From Guillardia theta CCMP2712 (Eukaryota; Protista; Cryptophyta), in the NCBI RefSeq assembly GCF_000315625.1, contig NW_005434672.1, positions 899,374 through 963,373 on the forward strand: 64,000 nt of DNA. The letters run 5' to 3'. Each line of letters opens with the position of its first letter. Position 1 is the first letter of the stretch. Shown here piece after piece: positions 35,701-37,276 of the stretch. The notes beneath the pieces are model-generated. The model saw nothing but the letters and a program-made list of their open reading frames with translations, did not search any database and was not told the origin of the DNA. Position numbers and translations under genes: made by a program.

Positions 35701-36512
35701 GAACTGGAAGAGAAGGCCTCGGAAAGAAATCGCAAGCTTTTGAGACAGAGATCGAAGAGGAGGAGGAGGACTTGGAAGGGATCGCCTTCAGAGTGCACGA
35801 GTCGGGAACTACTTTCCCTGTAGTCGGACAACACTTTGGGCTGCCGTACGAAGAGATAGTTCTTCCTCCGGCTCCTCCCAGCACCCCTAGGTTGCATGAC
35901 GCGCAGCATCAGGATCATGATGGCAATGACCAAGAGCTCTTCACGCAAAACCTGCTATCTCGTCTAGAATATTTGACTTCTTCCCCGCAGAGTGCAGCAC
36001 GAGGCTCCCGTATCCCCGAGGACATGTGGCATGCTGGCTCTCCTGTGCAGAGTGACGTCACGTTACCGCACCAGCTGAGCTTTGCGGAGAGAGAGGAGAG
36101 GCCGACCGCGCAAGACACTTCACAGGCCATCCCCCTAGACATCTCCGAGCTGCAGACCGGGATCCCAGTGACCCATCAGGAATCCAAGGGGGAGACGGCA
36201 TCGAGAGCCCTTACCTGGACGAGCGTCATGTTCGTTGCTGCTCGGTGGGTGCTGTTGAACCCTTTGCTCTTCTTTCTGGCTGCTGTGGATGCTTCAGGCG
36301 CTTTCGTACTCCGAACGAGCCCGAGCGTCAACGTCATCTTGTTTAACGTCCTCCTGTGGTACCTTGTTGACCAGCTGAGCTTCAGCTTCGATCCGTCGTA
36401 CAACCATGCGTGGGAGAAGGCCATCGCCCTCAGCATCGTTTTGTGGGTCATCCTGCATGCCGTGCTGCTTATTGGAGTCTGGGCGATGCGTGCTCGGATT
36501 ATGAGATCGTAG
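2724..36512 (+). CDS. Giant polycystin-1/REJ-like membrane receptor: IPT/TIG repeats (to ~23760), filamin-type Ig repeats (~23790-31550), REJ/GAIN-GPS-like region (~31560-34780), about 5 TM helices (~34880-36490)
   Basis: Uninterrupted 11,262-codon ORF. IPT-like WxSDS..C and SYD/SFD repeats; filamin-like RDxYGN and T-x-S-G-x-Y motifs; GPS-like CAW...C...TC...LAV before TM1. The segment LFLHHPVTTLLFF...HRISVLSASINFLLAMN resembles polycystin-1 TM2, and further hydrophobic helices run to the C-terminus. Confidence 0.85.
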   Translation: MTRVSLVGLNFAGADYTPSLRIGQTACWSNVWNSDTNLVCGVPAGLVAERVIVTILNTVGSSADALSFDLQTVTSSSRYNLRSDVVNSLTLLGASFGYWQPNTFQVSVGFSPCASTVWKSSSSLTCLVRQGVGLAADVQVLVESSVQIQRKFFSYESPTISNVKGANLATNSIAALSIYGSGFSQVDYTIQARTGRTRAQATTWFSQTSAVCLAQAQIRTSLQLLTTLQVSLGTLSNVISFDAIQVTSVNSVNLSQVPTILLFLSSNYLYNTFKDMTLKTAVGSTSSPYTVWSTSSQVTCKGSSTASASQRITLSLSNPLLSSLSSAFSFNPINLLQSQNRLESITTYFYAVGLAYEDHSLALRVGVTSAQQTAWRSYTAMQVKVSSSVGREVRLIASASSVLATSSSSNEFTLPLASSTSPSNSPPAGVSLIAFLGTSYGSTSYSQSVRVGPSESVRTIWTSASSIASIPSFSMSNAMNVVITSGLQAGTAFRFFSFDAISISSVHVQNIPNSGNRLVSFSGSSYGSSSYTLRPSLSFSVLQTASWTSDTAIVCKVIAGVGNKLPFAVAQGSAYTNTGTISDVISFDSPQLSGSSKQNMPQIAPSLVTIFSSVGFGSADYSSILVLLNGKQVLSSLWTSDSSITCQLAPGEGEGLNFAVQFQNEISFVTQMFTFDAPAVSAALRSNLASNRHFSILGYNFGVVDLSIKVCVGTLSQKTIWQSVTSLVAIAEQRARTSVSLIVTTWQREGTLSSSVSYAVPVLSTLYAGNGPVVTLNPLVLFESSTSSTPLSESMRIGFTACERTLWISGTQIAGKVSSGVSKSAGIVVTYCLSSNSLSHAYSYDLSAQVDRVNIPVAGAMIVSFPLLTFQPLCYTPTVRMVSALQSTRWSSTSSISCSVRMLPGRTLSVQVTIGRSIVTVTEATSFDTSAMSSISTTNSFSRGQTLYIYSKPLSLNLESTLALRIGPSKVLETLWLSSTSLSGRAAFAYARSQSLSLSVASLQSSTSQVFSYDSVQLSSAIRGNIFSTGVIAINFRALAIEVFSLTASVRVASTVSSRSMWTSDSAVQALVSSGVGGSLSQMLTVVLQVSSLSQLLSYDRPTLASRPANSPTTGNVDLQLSGAGLGNFDACPVAQVERFVCRASMWKSDSSMVCRVNEGAGAGLDISVKVKEQVGTLSSAVSFDTGIILAVSQANFPSSGNSIVSLIGVNLGAFSMTSYARVGGTACQYTVFQSQSQIWCKVAAGVDQNMQTLVSVAFQQSQALAQTLSYDIGSASSQGLVSSTTGNNVVETVGAYLGTYDSSVRSRVSQTEMQATRWVSDTCLQGICPAGEGRGLRLVISIGARHSTMSESISFASVVFVDKGLNFVVSVTSYLAAGHSFAPFDTTSQVRLQHTASVPTHWFSDSSLSCLLPYTTGGGKKMIMTIHGNTETSRDFISFDLPVFSVTQVVNLRATRSNFFVTGKGFPMYDLSVSASISGSSGEVTIWTSATTVHGIFSGQTLASGSISLTMSGIKATVSEAFSMDVLKISSIARLNYGPQMFGDMLIGTSLSRTTFSPATRIGGTSMPVSKWISSSVLTCRATPMERRSLSVSFTTNGAATSITESLSFEQSFLTSTLQQNLDVRGNSYLVIFGAFSEHSMKTRVASSACRSTVWQSDSVVNCNFVIQTPRSMASIISAALSSIHSITNSLSYDSFVLDSYLSSQNNVINLNSISVPFGLIAQATVRLRMGFSNAESSVWRSATSLEIKSVIENGRSLALCLTSSSLYTSTNTHTFDLYVSFQSVISSSNFPILAATKIIGKGFALSDKSIGSRISSTSSASTNWISDSSVTSTYTSYAFRTFSTVITMSAVTNTLSQALTMDAPIIDGIALSSTNIVKQKSIQLLSLAYMDDVRSASVRVGSTSSLSTAWNSSSYVFCKIAAGAGHSKGIYLSIHSLVSSASSAVSYDTLAISSGLNQTRSTANTRGVLLSQLLPPDSLQVVSSYSASTRIGRTSCESTGWISTSEVRVQAHAHGRQSMSLSITCGRGASTVSELLTYSAVTVSSVQSVNAGSRSTFLIASLSRVSSSAAGRVGSTGCEISTWLSVTSVSCICARGRSQLGTQAVALTISQATGSVSGSVSFDTQQITGAERGNRYMGMVRSVIVGAVGAVGGAASVSASLRQGSTACERSLWISGSSLAGRTASGQAGSMRVVASVAGQPASTSRAASYDVPMTSEALRTNVGGQGGAKSVQVWGQGYGPSASASVGRSSCERSGWLSDTAIQGTTSGEGYGGTRGVIVSSGRQVGTRSASVSYDAERLLSLIFSGNSFFPGQGNLMLPLKTFIRFSSSSNFNKVSLGIRTGFTVSSRSMWTSDSAVQALVSSGVGGSLSQMLTVVLQVSSLSQLLSYDRPTLASRPANSPTTGNVDLQLSGAGLGNFDACPVAQVERFVCRASMWKSDSSMVCRVNEGAGAGLDISVKVKEQVGTLSQVFSYDGPAVFRAIPSFSDTVGNSIIFVEGLNFGWSFAKIEVWVGSWACTNVQFIRQDLLSCTTPAGFGRDLPIRVRTGGQETFTARLFSYLPPTLSGVLSNYGPSSGGGIVTYFGKYFGYENCSPQAYFGGTICATSLWTSDSAVTCFLNGGYGSLSGLSLNVQNQTTTSLIFAAGYIPPTVSTGSRQNQPATGAVLISIAGRDMSIASYTPASRIIGTSCPQTLWRSDTSIVSMSARSGMMSSNSVLVASIGAIRCSLTESVSYSKPDSYILPGAPGNTIAKVASSVLFTSSSMDCSLKARMGATSSQMTLWSSYSSLSTKFQRSSGASNSLIVTMGIQSGTASAVLSYDMLSLTASSQYNLVEYRWAILFVKPQVFKFEPLLDISSAIRAGVTNSQATSWVSSCSISCKFATLSSHSKQVILSVSQTSQSLTEIISYDKCKASTLSRTNFLADPSDLIFTISGLNFGAFDSSVSMSIGNSRNQFSEWSSETNVFSKVAPFTVHTMSLICSIDGLVGSVSQIFSSDVPLVSRFSNNFPSIISPSVALKLSSPRLRISGTSSQCTAWISQCELVCNIMPSISRTAHLSMSYGVIPRSLTSAFSFSAPKLSSALASNSISSKDGATSLTVIGIFNLQFDNTVSIRVLKTVSRSTLWISSTSTSCRTSSSTGHTANTMLTASLQVGSTTEIFSYDVSILSSSATPNLQSREFRLQVWLARHDFPSYSEIIRVSTTSCESTAWLSATTLAGVVAATTTQTLKLVLTTLVTPSTITQSFSHDSLVVNVLISNNFPSTGSGRIVILGTGLGPVQTSLAARPSGTASEAVGWISDSTMKAKVSAGVNDRSSWLACTVMGRPGSVSSLHSYDLPSLSSSSRTNFAASGGALISATGSGFGVHGVSPMIAVGDTYASSNVWVSETAMRGRLAPGVGAELPMRALVGCCTTGTSTQVFSFDKPTVSSIQPAYAATTGLALLYLAGRNFGTFDSTVSISVGDTKCTESTYVSNLVLSCLVSPGVGASQTVRATVGGQVAESPVLFSYMGPTVLGIGRQNGPATGGVLVTLQGRNFGSFESSAKGRAGTAAERTIWTSDTQLSFGVTGGSGPQITIVLTVFDQAVSNLVGFSYLNSRISAVTMSNIGSSVSFSVAVFGEFSSSDMSGKVILGSTVCRSTSWSSSTSMSCYSGSNPGSSLSISITNGFSFVAVTSSVVSYDIPPLVTFKFGDAQSSVFDVLGKGFGNCIMTQRSRVGSSISIETQWLSDTSLKVLQILQVFRSKSFALSMSSQCSSRTSCLSYENGMVSALSQQSNIPLSAKIDLSVAGLNLGISSGSIWVRIGESGSERTIWISSSQVLAKTVEGTKRSQRLTCSMSAIPFSSLNTVSYDLVLSRPSDAERNTGGRSAAVQTLSGVNGYNSRSEKARFGSTSAERTVWKSCTNINIKTSASTGKSNTIAITTDAAVNTFSNAFSFDTSPVISSCNTQTATIQVLSLFTSGTFITSKSRIGETASSNTQWKSSTIIYSKIAAGAGHSKGIYLSIHSLVSSASSAVSYDTLAISSGLNQTRSTANTRGVLLSQLLPPDSLQVVSSYSASTRIGRTSCESTGWISTSEVRVQAHAHGRQSMSLSITCGRGASTVSELLTYSAVTVSSVQSVNAGSRSTSLIASLSRVSSSAAGRVGSTGCEISTWLSVTSVSCICARGRSQLGTQAVALTISQATGSVSGSVSFDTQQITGAERGNRYMGMVRSVIVRAVGAVGGAASVSASLRQGSTACERSLWISGSSLAGRTASGQAGSMRVVASVAGQPASTSLAASYDVPMTSEALRTNVGGQGGAKSVQVWGQGYGPSASASVGRSSCERSGWLSDTAIQGTTSGEGYGGTRGVIVSSGRQVGTRSEGLSYDHFALQNASGQNLALESRSALLFGLSKYQLGRFSASARLGQSSMPGSLWMSTTSLFVRIVASDQLRTLSLIISSSTSISTSTEAMSYDGLTMSSVQVQNCIVHDKISILSFAGASGQSLSTRAGRTSFEATTWTSFTSIQLKSVQVTSTTRMTVSIAIKTGSLTQALSFNAIEASTLYISNQPSTGSGRIVILGTGLGPVQTSLAARPSGTASEAVGWISDSTMKAKVSAGVNDRSSWLACTVMGRPGSVSSLHSYDLPSLSSSSRTNFAASGGALISATGSGFGVHGVSPMIAVGDTYASSNVWVSETAMRGRLAPGVGAELPMRALVGCCTTGTSTQVFSFDKPTVSSIQPAYAATTGLALLYLAGRNFGTFDSTVSISVGDTKCTESTYVSNLVLSCLVSPGVGASQTVRATVGGQVAESPVLFSYMGPTVLGIGRQNGPATGGVLVTLQGRNFGSFESSAKGRAGTAAERTIWTSDTQVVLQPASALFPLSVISMTVARSIKTDARIFSTDSAFASLFSPSNSPVLQRTILTVIGQNLGTSDYSLTVHFSSSAASFSSWLSDTSLVSLPSVGNGQNLTVNMVKDNQIFGLKLSFSFDSPYLYQLPSKSNFPASGLGRTELIGINFCAFDTSLKVRILRTQVQLSVWTSDSSITCSSIPPGISFGSMTTETVFDKYPSSGIVQYDQPSASLASTSNLALRSAIPQRLAIFGSALSVFDPSLQVRVSQSVSANSRWISDTALTCQVTTSHSYSLKTVLTVGVLYGTTTQLLSYDCVQLSSISSLNVIPRTTMNISTMNLIRQTISPSSLSLRVGDTTCEKSQWGSDLSLTCKLAFSSVSFSQKLSLTVAISLSSCTNMLSYNALAISSCTQTNIVKQTQIVVSTSSNHLGIHTFASRLKSSSASETIWNSLSSLTLRFSPGVSASLPVRITQLSLVGTISNILSFDGVNLEYIKNRDTPDSTDSLLYGLLSSTSDFTLSFRIGGSSCETTQWISQSVVHCSAAAGSKGNHSVTLTSFAASGTVTAAFTFGPPSMFCPVNQTLTSNVVVIDGRRFGERDFSPKMRVGASGCSYTRWISDRQLICKDAAGIGNQLAMVVTAIALKSTNTNCLSYKHPVVQQLLLPNGPSVFSRPKILGSYLGPFSVSAGMRLGHSSTEISIWMSDSALSCYATGSSASRLTAVVTAQSLLTSLTQGFTYDFAVFQSSYINGSRNSPTRGGVKSALLIDSISSSDLSSSVRLGYSVIQSSEWLSLSSITVRPTRGLGQKLKLTLTISNRIGTCSDFFSYDASNLTNSSSFELSIENKTSLQLTGIGFGFFGISPRLRIGYSLTENSMWTSDSTVSSLALPGVGGDFSVNYNDLFDSGRIRFSYSHPIALNWTSLSFPSIQLQGLNLGRWSDYTLQTRLSFTSSEQTMWFSTSSTFVKLPNAQGGSLRIVITVAKQLGSSSSSVTFDAPLKILTQNSPLLSKQFLMSGLGMYSNSIASRIGSSGSISTTWISDSTIYVRTVSSSQSSLFLMLTTSVLVRTSTRLFSFDLPLLMLSMANIPITATWVQSTTSNNSHFSSSARARFGQTAAESTRWLSYTSIISRVATGYKGTLTHSLTVQSRLCSLTNAVSYDSMTVELLSLSNITTNLCSKSSTYIVPFAHPRYIGTASLRFGFTSAEYTVWSFETAIYTKYPSGHSRSLNLILTASDVSTVTSLFSFDNPTILEVTGVEGNLFDGAQILAFGTNFGIYDASINAVVEISSDSTNKVDHSMWTSDTSILVSLLPVYGEPFMYFQSYGYRTPSFSIDFPFVPNVISANPSVHDTQGDLNFTEVIGTKFGIRDYTLRVTLGDTIARNTIWMSYSSLLCTVSAGVGEFHNYFVTIFGNIGVGSSFYSSYRTPLPIDIRSSHDTDVSLVNGRFFGYGADYTVRASISWSSCPSSFWISDSSLSLKVSTAQGFGLDLIVTVDQQLGTGVNKFSFQPPGVSSVSQEDLICYNVSTQTIFGTYFATFDASLSLRIGGSHQRSTVWAAETSITLKPTGVTGSSLNVMITVSQNIGSMSNMYSSCLSQISSVFPVNLGSSRSVAVSVFGRFYGRYSPTAVASVGITTAASTTWTSETSLTCISYKADRGMQHMLKMTMNILPTTITNALSWDGPFISSFNPNNSPTSGTITTTMFGSNFGSMDTSLTIKIGQNVCSSSRWKSDSQMICQIPQGVQLGQSVYLQTANSTSIATVSQIFSYDKPLIYPNSLQIVGNLYKSNSVTGNPEANGKDLIEFSGANLGRSDLNKISIFYGPSQNKSKYQCSVTDKFSYVNESRVRCFTDPQGYSRNLSFMVYVGLYSFGGTDLYSYPPIIFDGTLRIDRKSSDLILDSTQGGQAFSFEGRNFGNVWEKMTVRFFSYYASSAKFQTVIQYANSTSEKLNGLLGPGVGFSVIFEIEIQNVTVRGKDTFSFPLPVIENGSLCTANCGSNCRFASTLDSEKVSFRGQNFGNFPTLISIFYGRDVPSQGWSRRYPCVVNFSNDTFISCFASPGTGKDLYLEVNIAGQVVRSHDLVSYPPPYIDKMYPMLDGGSIPLNYVLRDALGNEVLMIQGGNFGPEISLVSIAFGRVGLNFWTEARLIYEKSNVSFITFSPGIGSGAWLTIRLEVGGQSVYSKTYFSYPFIQNISGWQVEASQSKVVGMQSNTIYQAGMNQRFYILTASNNGNLLTLGGAEFQATISGPAYITSNSVDGQDGTYFIDFLATRSGEYVARVFQLPWRKDVGNSPYTILISSEMIPNASMTVASFKNSVLRCGRNESLLLILRDRYGNTLENQWSQYHTEVSFLSNIIVHQDSDVDVLSLHLFGTRSGPFYIEIFLNSTSILQNPVRNVLQPSSASASATQTSLVQATMIAGSIVRIASIIAKDAFGNIASQGGDSIKIRLPIAEHLYDYQVYDQLNGTYHVYAMVKLQGNFSLQLYVNDESAGSPSFILKVLSSSPDAQFSKCSGVGLTAATAGIVSYFHIVPKDRYSNAISFGSNDLFRIYIQNLLTRTFFSPSDLYLANASFQIGVFLTQAGHYYLNVVSSGQIFCNPPVLLRVTPQSYDLNAFAVSKSISGGILTSSSLQFEIFPRDKYGNTANLRGFLNISVQPVVNTTQAISSNSIKVTWNPKVAGVYTFNIRTVSGELLFKGPISSNVVLQAGPASAQQSEIARIASNRQVGNTIDATIIAAADTGILLNTGGLSFTVFVQNNNNKQSVASLPVLDFANGTYAVVFSVTVSGSYSLSVRLGSQDIGGSPASFAVLPGPSFPANTLVSLQDGQVVTAGLAFSFTAQARDEYGNARGEGGDGVEIAFRHASGGSVQVSGLDLQTGEYSFSALLTASGTYTLQGTLLSSDIFTAQPRSISVSPASPTGSTAVAEGLGLYHAVAGEEAVIRLYVRDEYGNQVGALPSGYIDTVSLVIKRGSGEGLNIGVRKSAFTSGVEVRYTATQSGLYTVFVLTQSIMVQSSQVEIQANVFDPNSVDLSFAATYSSGDVFNVTFIILDFFTNGATIGILRIVMACQNGRSIYGFENVSNGTKVRLTATKKAQDCQIALFSEAEILLRTKYITFVAGKVDSQASSVNFVSESVLQAGNIGQISIYPRDQFYNPLSNFQITAQECHGKPLVITAIQKTSSFSAIVQYTATKSGNYSLCVTINDVSLADKPSTQYISSIPIATTIRLEFLQGNQNVSQDVAGKATILSVQAFDMYMNIFDHYSSSQNSILSSEVYLKDSLVQIMDFIGFSNSSYLFQYMMTRSGAYSIQIKLESLILVVQRQVTPSEFFFSNILIDSSYIAANETTSIRLIPKDSYGNNVTLSQSLSAVILSSDGQELSTTLFSQADRMVSARISITRSADYFVMLSYPSFESKKLKFTILPGVVSAQNTFGQGVGLVGAIVQYQTSFLVYFRDRFGNKLLNSADIQLFVKIQDAANVKQISIEQVDADKKCVRYLPTSVATLAVFVFIRTTSDTPIMSSPFNVQVFDKPDTISATKTYVIPQTERRNVKDKNTFIIISVTNQGAGMITGGFSFNCLLASPTNKQSVASLPVLDFANGTYAVVFSVTVSGSYSLSVRLGSQDIGGSPASFAVLPGPSFPANTLVSLQDGQVVTAGLAFSFTAQARDEYGNARGEGGDGVEIAFRHASGGSVQVSGLDLQTGEYSFSALLTASGTYTLQGTLLSSDIFTAQPRSISVSPASPTGSTAVAEGLGLYHAVAGEEAVIRLYVRDEYGNQVGALPSGYIDTVSLVIKRGSGEGLNIGVRKSAFTSGVEVRYTATQSGLFLLEVVMNGMQIFTTPKILQVDSGAVSVGLSSASGFGLIRAIAGVLATFDILSRDVYGNNFTRGGLLWSMILQNKQTAMQSRTIAQDLNNGRYQIKYNVTVSGSYIMSVIRDDVHISGSPSQVQIVASNAEPTKTYLTSYQSISTAGVILKFCLVSTDKYGNLVNFQDSVGFTIGDSKQEYSTIAMPFSDSNCNEIIFTLTQSGKYPLHFSLDQARFQSVVMYVYPGSTNKAYLLSSLTSLLRIQAGDTTTMLLLLQDRYGNNVTYPNQIAVMLNSSLISPYPVPIADDLVLVNFSITSSGSFAFSVKIDNIVVMPLAQYITVLPNYPVAEYSSCLNSVSLQTAGTLSTIQLSLRDRFSNAINENISVTLVSVIQNDLNSRSIFPVTFKENVLSFQFALTRSGIYSLSLELNGDQLSDCFFSVRILPQILYLGNSVLSGVGSLKTCLQTSNWFYIFPIDRYGNQASFLNQQIELNATVREKSLSLWWSFSNLGPYLSFVYNLTVPTDSTSSATLQIFLIQAQVQEVIEVPLQIFTDCGALSLTQSSLSLLPLLIPRAGSLITWRVILLSSKGLEMMVPNLNLKATISGNDQTFTLMNVAVTAFANGTYAVVFSVTVSGSYSLSVRLGSQDIGGSPASFAVLPGPSFPANTLVSLQDGQVVTAGLAFSFTAQARDEYGNARGEGGDGVEIAFRHAEGMFLNGKSQDLGSGTYIISVLVQRSGKYSVYCNSSKQLIDLRISIQATPNNPSPLKSYVVWTLVEGNMASCAAPCSVNVSYILQDSFGNVIDGNDAPTMFWPGLSIQAIMDRFQIIPYLESDLILASIILTTSGQYRIEATMLDGVIQGGILQLFVIPSTNPADLKFIAALNEIFTRYNEEILISVSVEDIFGNSVDSYSLPDINRAQGIVLKDSRMLFNNSLEMVQCPSTCISVRFRFQCDNCTLNVLFTHGSQSTYLANPLTLFVSEEPEPQIVIAQFDNSLTSIRVDMSGDTYFAFQESCTSLLGSTFMDKLGVMPSCFLTSKQEIKILLGNNASLVFYDQLYFLPGSLKTRAGTPMGEKSALVIPPAQLEAFIVEIDCADTLGPGSDLFLNVRFRQGQTSRGLSLDWSLKAGPGTDSLRKLLMESKNLQSLNISGSLLLYGYTYEFSLLARIWTGQTCITSKQVNLIRSFIPSLSITGGPVISIPLYSDIVIKAVIHLPPAVPDRVGIMWSQVDGDLLNSLQNGYFGAELLLKQSELSPGATLLLRVMVYSKEGSKSSIQNVSQLVTLSLSPSPLSNRLMRSVMFVRATEDFYLYTDRFLRILATDKPIYIWSCTSPTHDTCFQESSGIAEKLQSDSAPFLFVPQNSLLPGNYTFNVQIIIESGLRKANLVYDVVVKGSPLFGLNLSSSIVIFPDSSGWLSVLGKLNATSTSNSGNTILELQIESEQISQSKVDNGLLLSWRLEPFPGAFLSRGILSVRFSAVAGNLEGFARVDFILRPPMGGNLLVQEIVYVYSVVSIYQVNFVGFQAQSEDYPLVYSLYQSINSSANGLLYVDSGIDSNFQIYHSETILGAVSISGFVSSVQGESVGYQHVIGSSHDKTIDVSQSLAQLQAAYGVLSSLMQEVSRTANSKALKQIAFISLQAGEKYSQLKNARGGPESSLQLDALDSPKMSSALKRSISESGSSLSPDLLAELQGVSEDVTDVFAEAILSMFSWQSFGIGLTDAISRLVNLLKRVEDSSSSHDHPISQVLSRRDQDFHLTQLSASSASQPSSELTILAADALLQSWNYSTLSNDDVGSFSLLYGKILTSLMGSTDETLKLSIANSFLTACKHFVLMVDSEVPWWVYTSFVDDVGKLCVIVQQSSSLSSVMLQILDYSNQIIRGSLKMIVDGEESRLIETSFASVWTKKVLANELFSQHSRLCMLSNGCIQTALNEAFLPEPAMDVTSAGTLSIQIILWKTLPNAFTAVSTKAIALGPILQLNATTSRLELNYMSHYRKLRDAWSVTFDIQSLTSVPRCAWISDMATLDTVGLVADCATAGKLTCWSYARGSRLAVIYVGLSTNSGNQQYRNIRTASFQGAYSQQSEVASTISLLIVITTSVISFVHFLRVAMFVRKVLNRYLGFKTTEFRKPGDTLTSSVNESVENSFSLRRLFLHHPVTTLLFFAFQPFPVYLHRISVLSASINFLLAMNFTMQAMRVFVESDWAAQATVMSILVVPVYLLLLFPIFAQQEFEHVMFRKKGRVVPEDVPDSREAEASATEAQTARKSGRHHRRSRKAKGRRSRRIDEELESAMDVTSQTSDIMSTMSSQSPQGPTRGSHDDSQRHPFSPSTLRVSMVNWSVSSPKTSSLVSTGSKRMSSSISRTGREGLGKKSQAFETEIEEEEEDLEGIAFRVHESGTTFPVVGQHFGLPYEEIVLPPAPPSTPRLHDAQHQDHDGNDQELFTQNLLSRLEYLTSSPQSAARGSRIPEDMWHAGSPVQSDVTLPHQLSFAEREERPTAQDTSQAIPLDISELQTGIPVTHQESKGETASRALTWTSVMFVAARWVLLNPLLFFLAAVDASGAFVLRTSPSVNVILFNVLLWYLVDQLSFSFDPSYNHAWEKAIALSIVLWVILHAVLLIGVWAMRARIMRS
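5886..6259 (+). repeat. Internal cassette A, copy 1 (374 bp)
   Basis: Matches 9762..10135 with no difference noticed; offset 3876 nt (1292 codons). Confidence 0.9.
8482..9595 (+). repeat. Internal cassette B, copy 1 (1114 bp)
   Basis: Near-identical to 14686..15799 (at least 4 substitutions seen); offset 6204 nt. Confidence 0.9.
9762..10135 (+). repeat. Internal cassette A, copy 2
   Basis: Matches 5886..6259. Confidence 0.9.
12516..13409 (+). repeat. Internal cassette C, copy 1 (894 bp)
   Basis: Near-identical to 16371..17264 (at least 1 silent substitution); offset 3855 nt. Confidence 0.9.
14686..15799 (+). repeat. Internal cassette B, copy 2
   Basis: Near-identical to 8482..9595. Confidence 0.9.
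16371..17264 (+). repeat. Internal cassette C, copy 2
   Basis: Near-identical to 12516..13409. Confidence 0.9.
25475..26195 (+). repeat. Internal cassette D (filamin region), copy 1 (721 bp)
   Basis: Near-identical to 27944..28664 (at least 3 silent substitutions); offset 2469 nt. Confidence 0.9.
27944..28664 (+). repeat. Internal cassette D, copy 2
   Basis: Near-identical to 25475..26195. Confidence 0.9.
30477..30749 (+). repeat. Internal cassette D, partial copy 3 (273 bp)
   Basis: Matches 25515..25787 and 27984..28256; shares the gatggggtggag variant with copy 2. Confidence 0.85.
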
Positions 36513-36573
36513 TGAGAGTGTGGTGTAGGTATTGTTCTGTGAATAAACACTTCAATCAAGGATTCCAACGAGT

Positions 36574-37027
36574 CTACTTGTTTTTGAACATGTCCTTCGG
36601 GATGAACATGGTGTTGGTGATAATCCATGCGAGGATAGAGAAGATGATTAGCGCACCAACGACAGGGACGAGGAGAAGGACGGTGCCTCCGAAGTTCTGC
36701 CCAAGGACCTCAATAGCAGGAAACTGAGGCTCAACGGCAGATGAATCGACGGTGTTTGCAGCTTCCGAGACATCAGCTGCCATCAGAGACGCTGCGTCAA
36801 AGAGGTTTTGCATGCTATGAGCTCTAAGAGCCACTTGAGGACGTCTTGGCACATCCTTGCAGCCCCTAACTGCAAGTTTGTTGACGGTCAGACCCCCAGG
36901 TATGCCGGTATGAGTGAAGCCCTGAAGGTCGAGGTGAACAAGAATGGTTTCAATAGAACAAGATGAAAAGGTGTGTCACCTGCACTGCTACCAAGCCCAG
37001 CACACATAGCAGAAACCAACGAGTCAT
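36574..37027 (-). CDS. Small (131 aa) plastid-targeted single-pass membrane protein of unknown function; 2 exons (37027-36980, 36921-36574)
   Basis: A GT-AG intron (36979-36922) joins MTRWFLLCVLGLVAVQ to GFTHTG. This gives a signal peptide with Phe at +1, a basic transit-like stretch and a C-terminal helix VLLLVPVVGALIIFSILAWII. Confidence 0.7.
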
Positions 37028-37276
37028 CTGTGAAACCTACACTCAGTCAGCACAACTAGCAACAGCGCGATAATACGACGCAAACTCTTTCGAGAAAATC
37101 CTTCTATGACGGGACTCTATAGGTATGATAGAAGCAAACTGTCTTGTCTTCATCTCTTAAACATGTCAGAGGCATGTATATATTTCAAATCCTCGTCCTG
37201 TCATCATCTTTTACAGCATTCTCATCATTCCTTTGCCGTTCCCTTCATTGAATCGAGGGGGCGGCCATCTCCATTT

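Noticed and set aside
288-36727. Many short antisense and off-frame ORFs overlapping the giant gene, some occurring twice
   Set aside because: They are shadows of the main ORF; the duplicates simply reflect the internal cassettes
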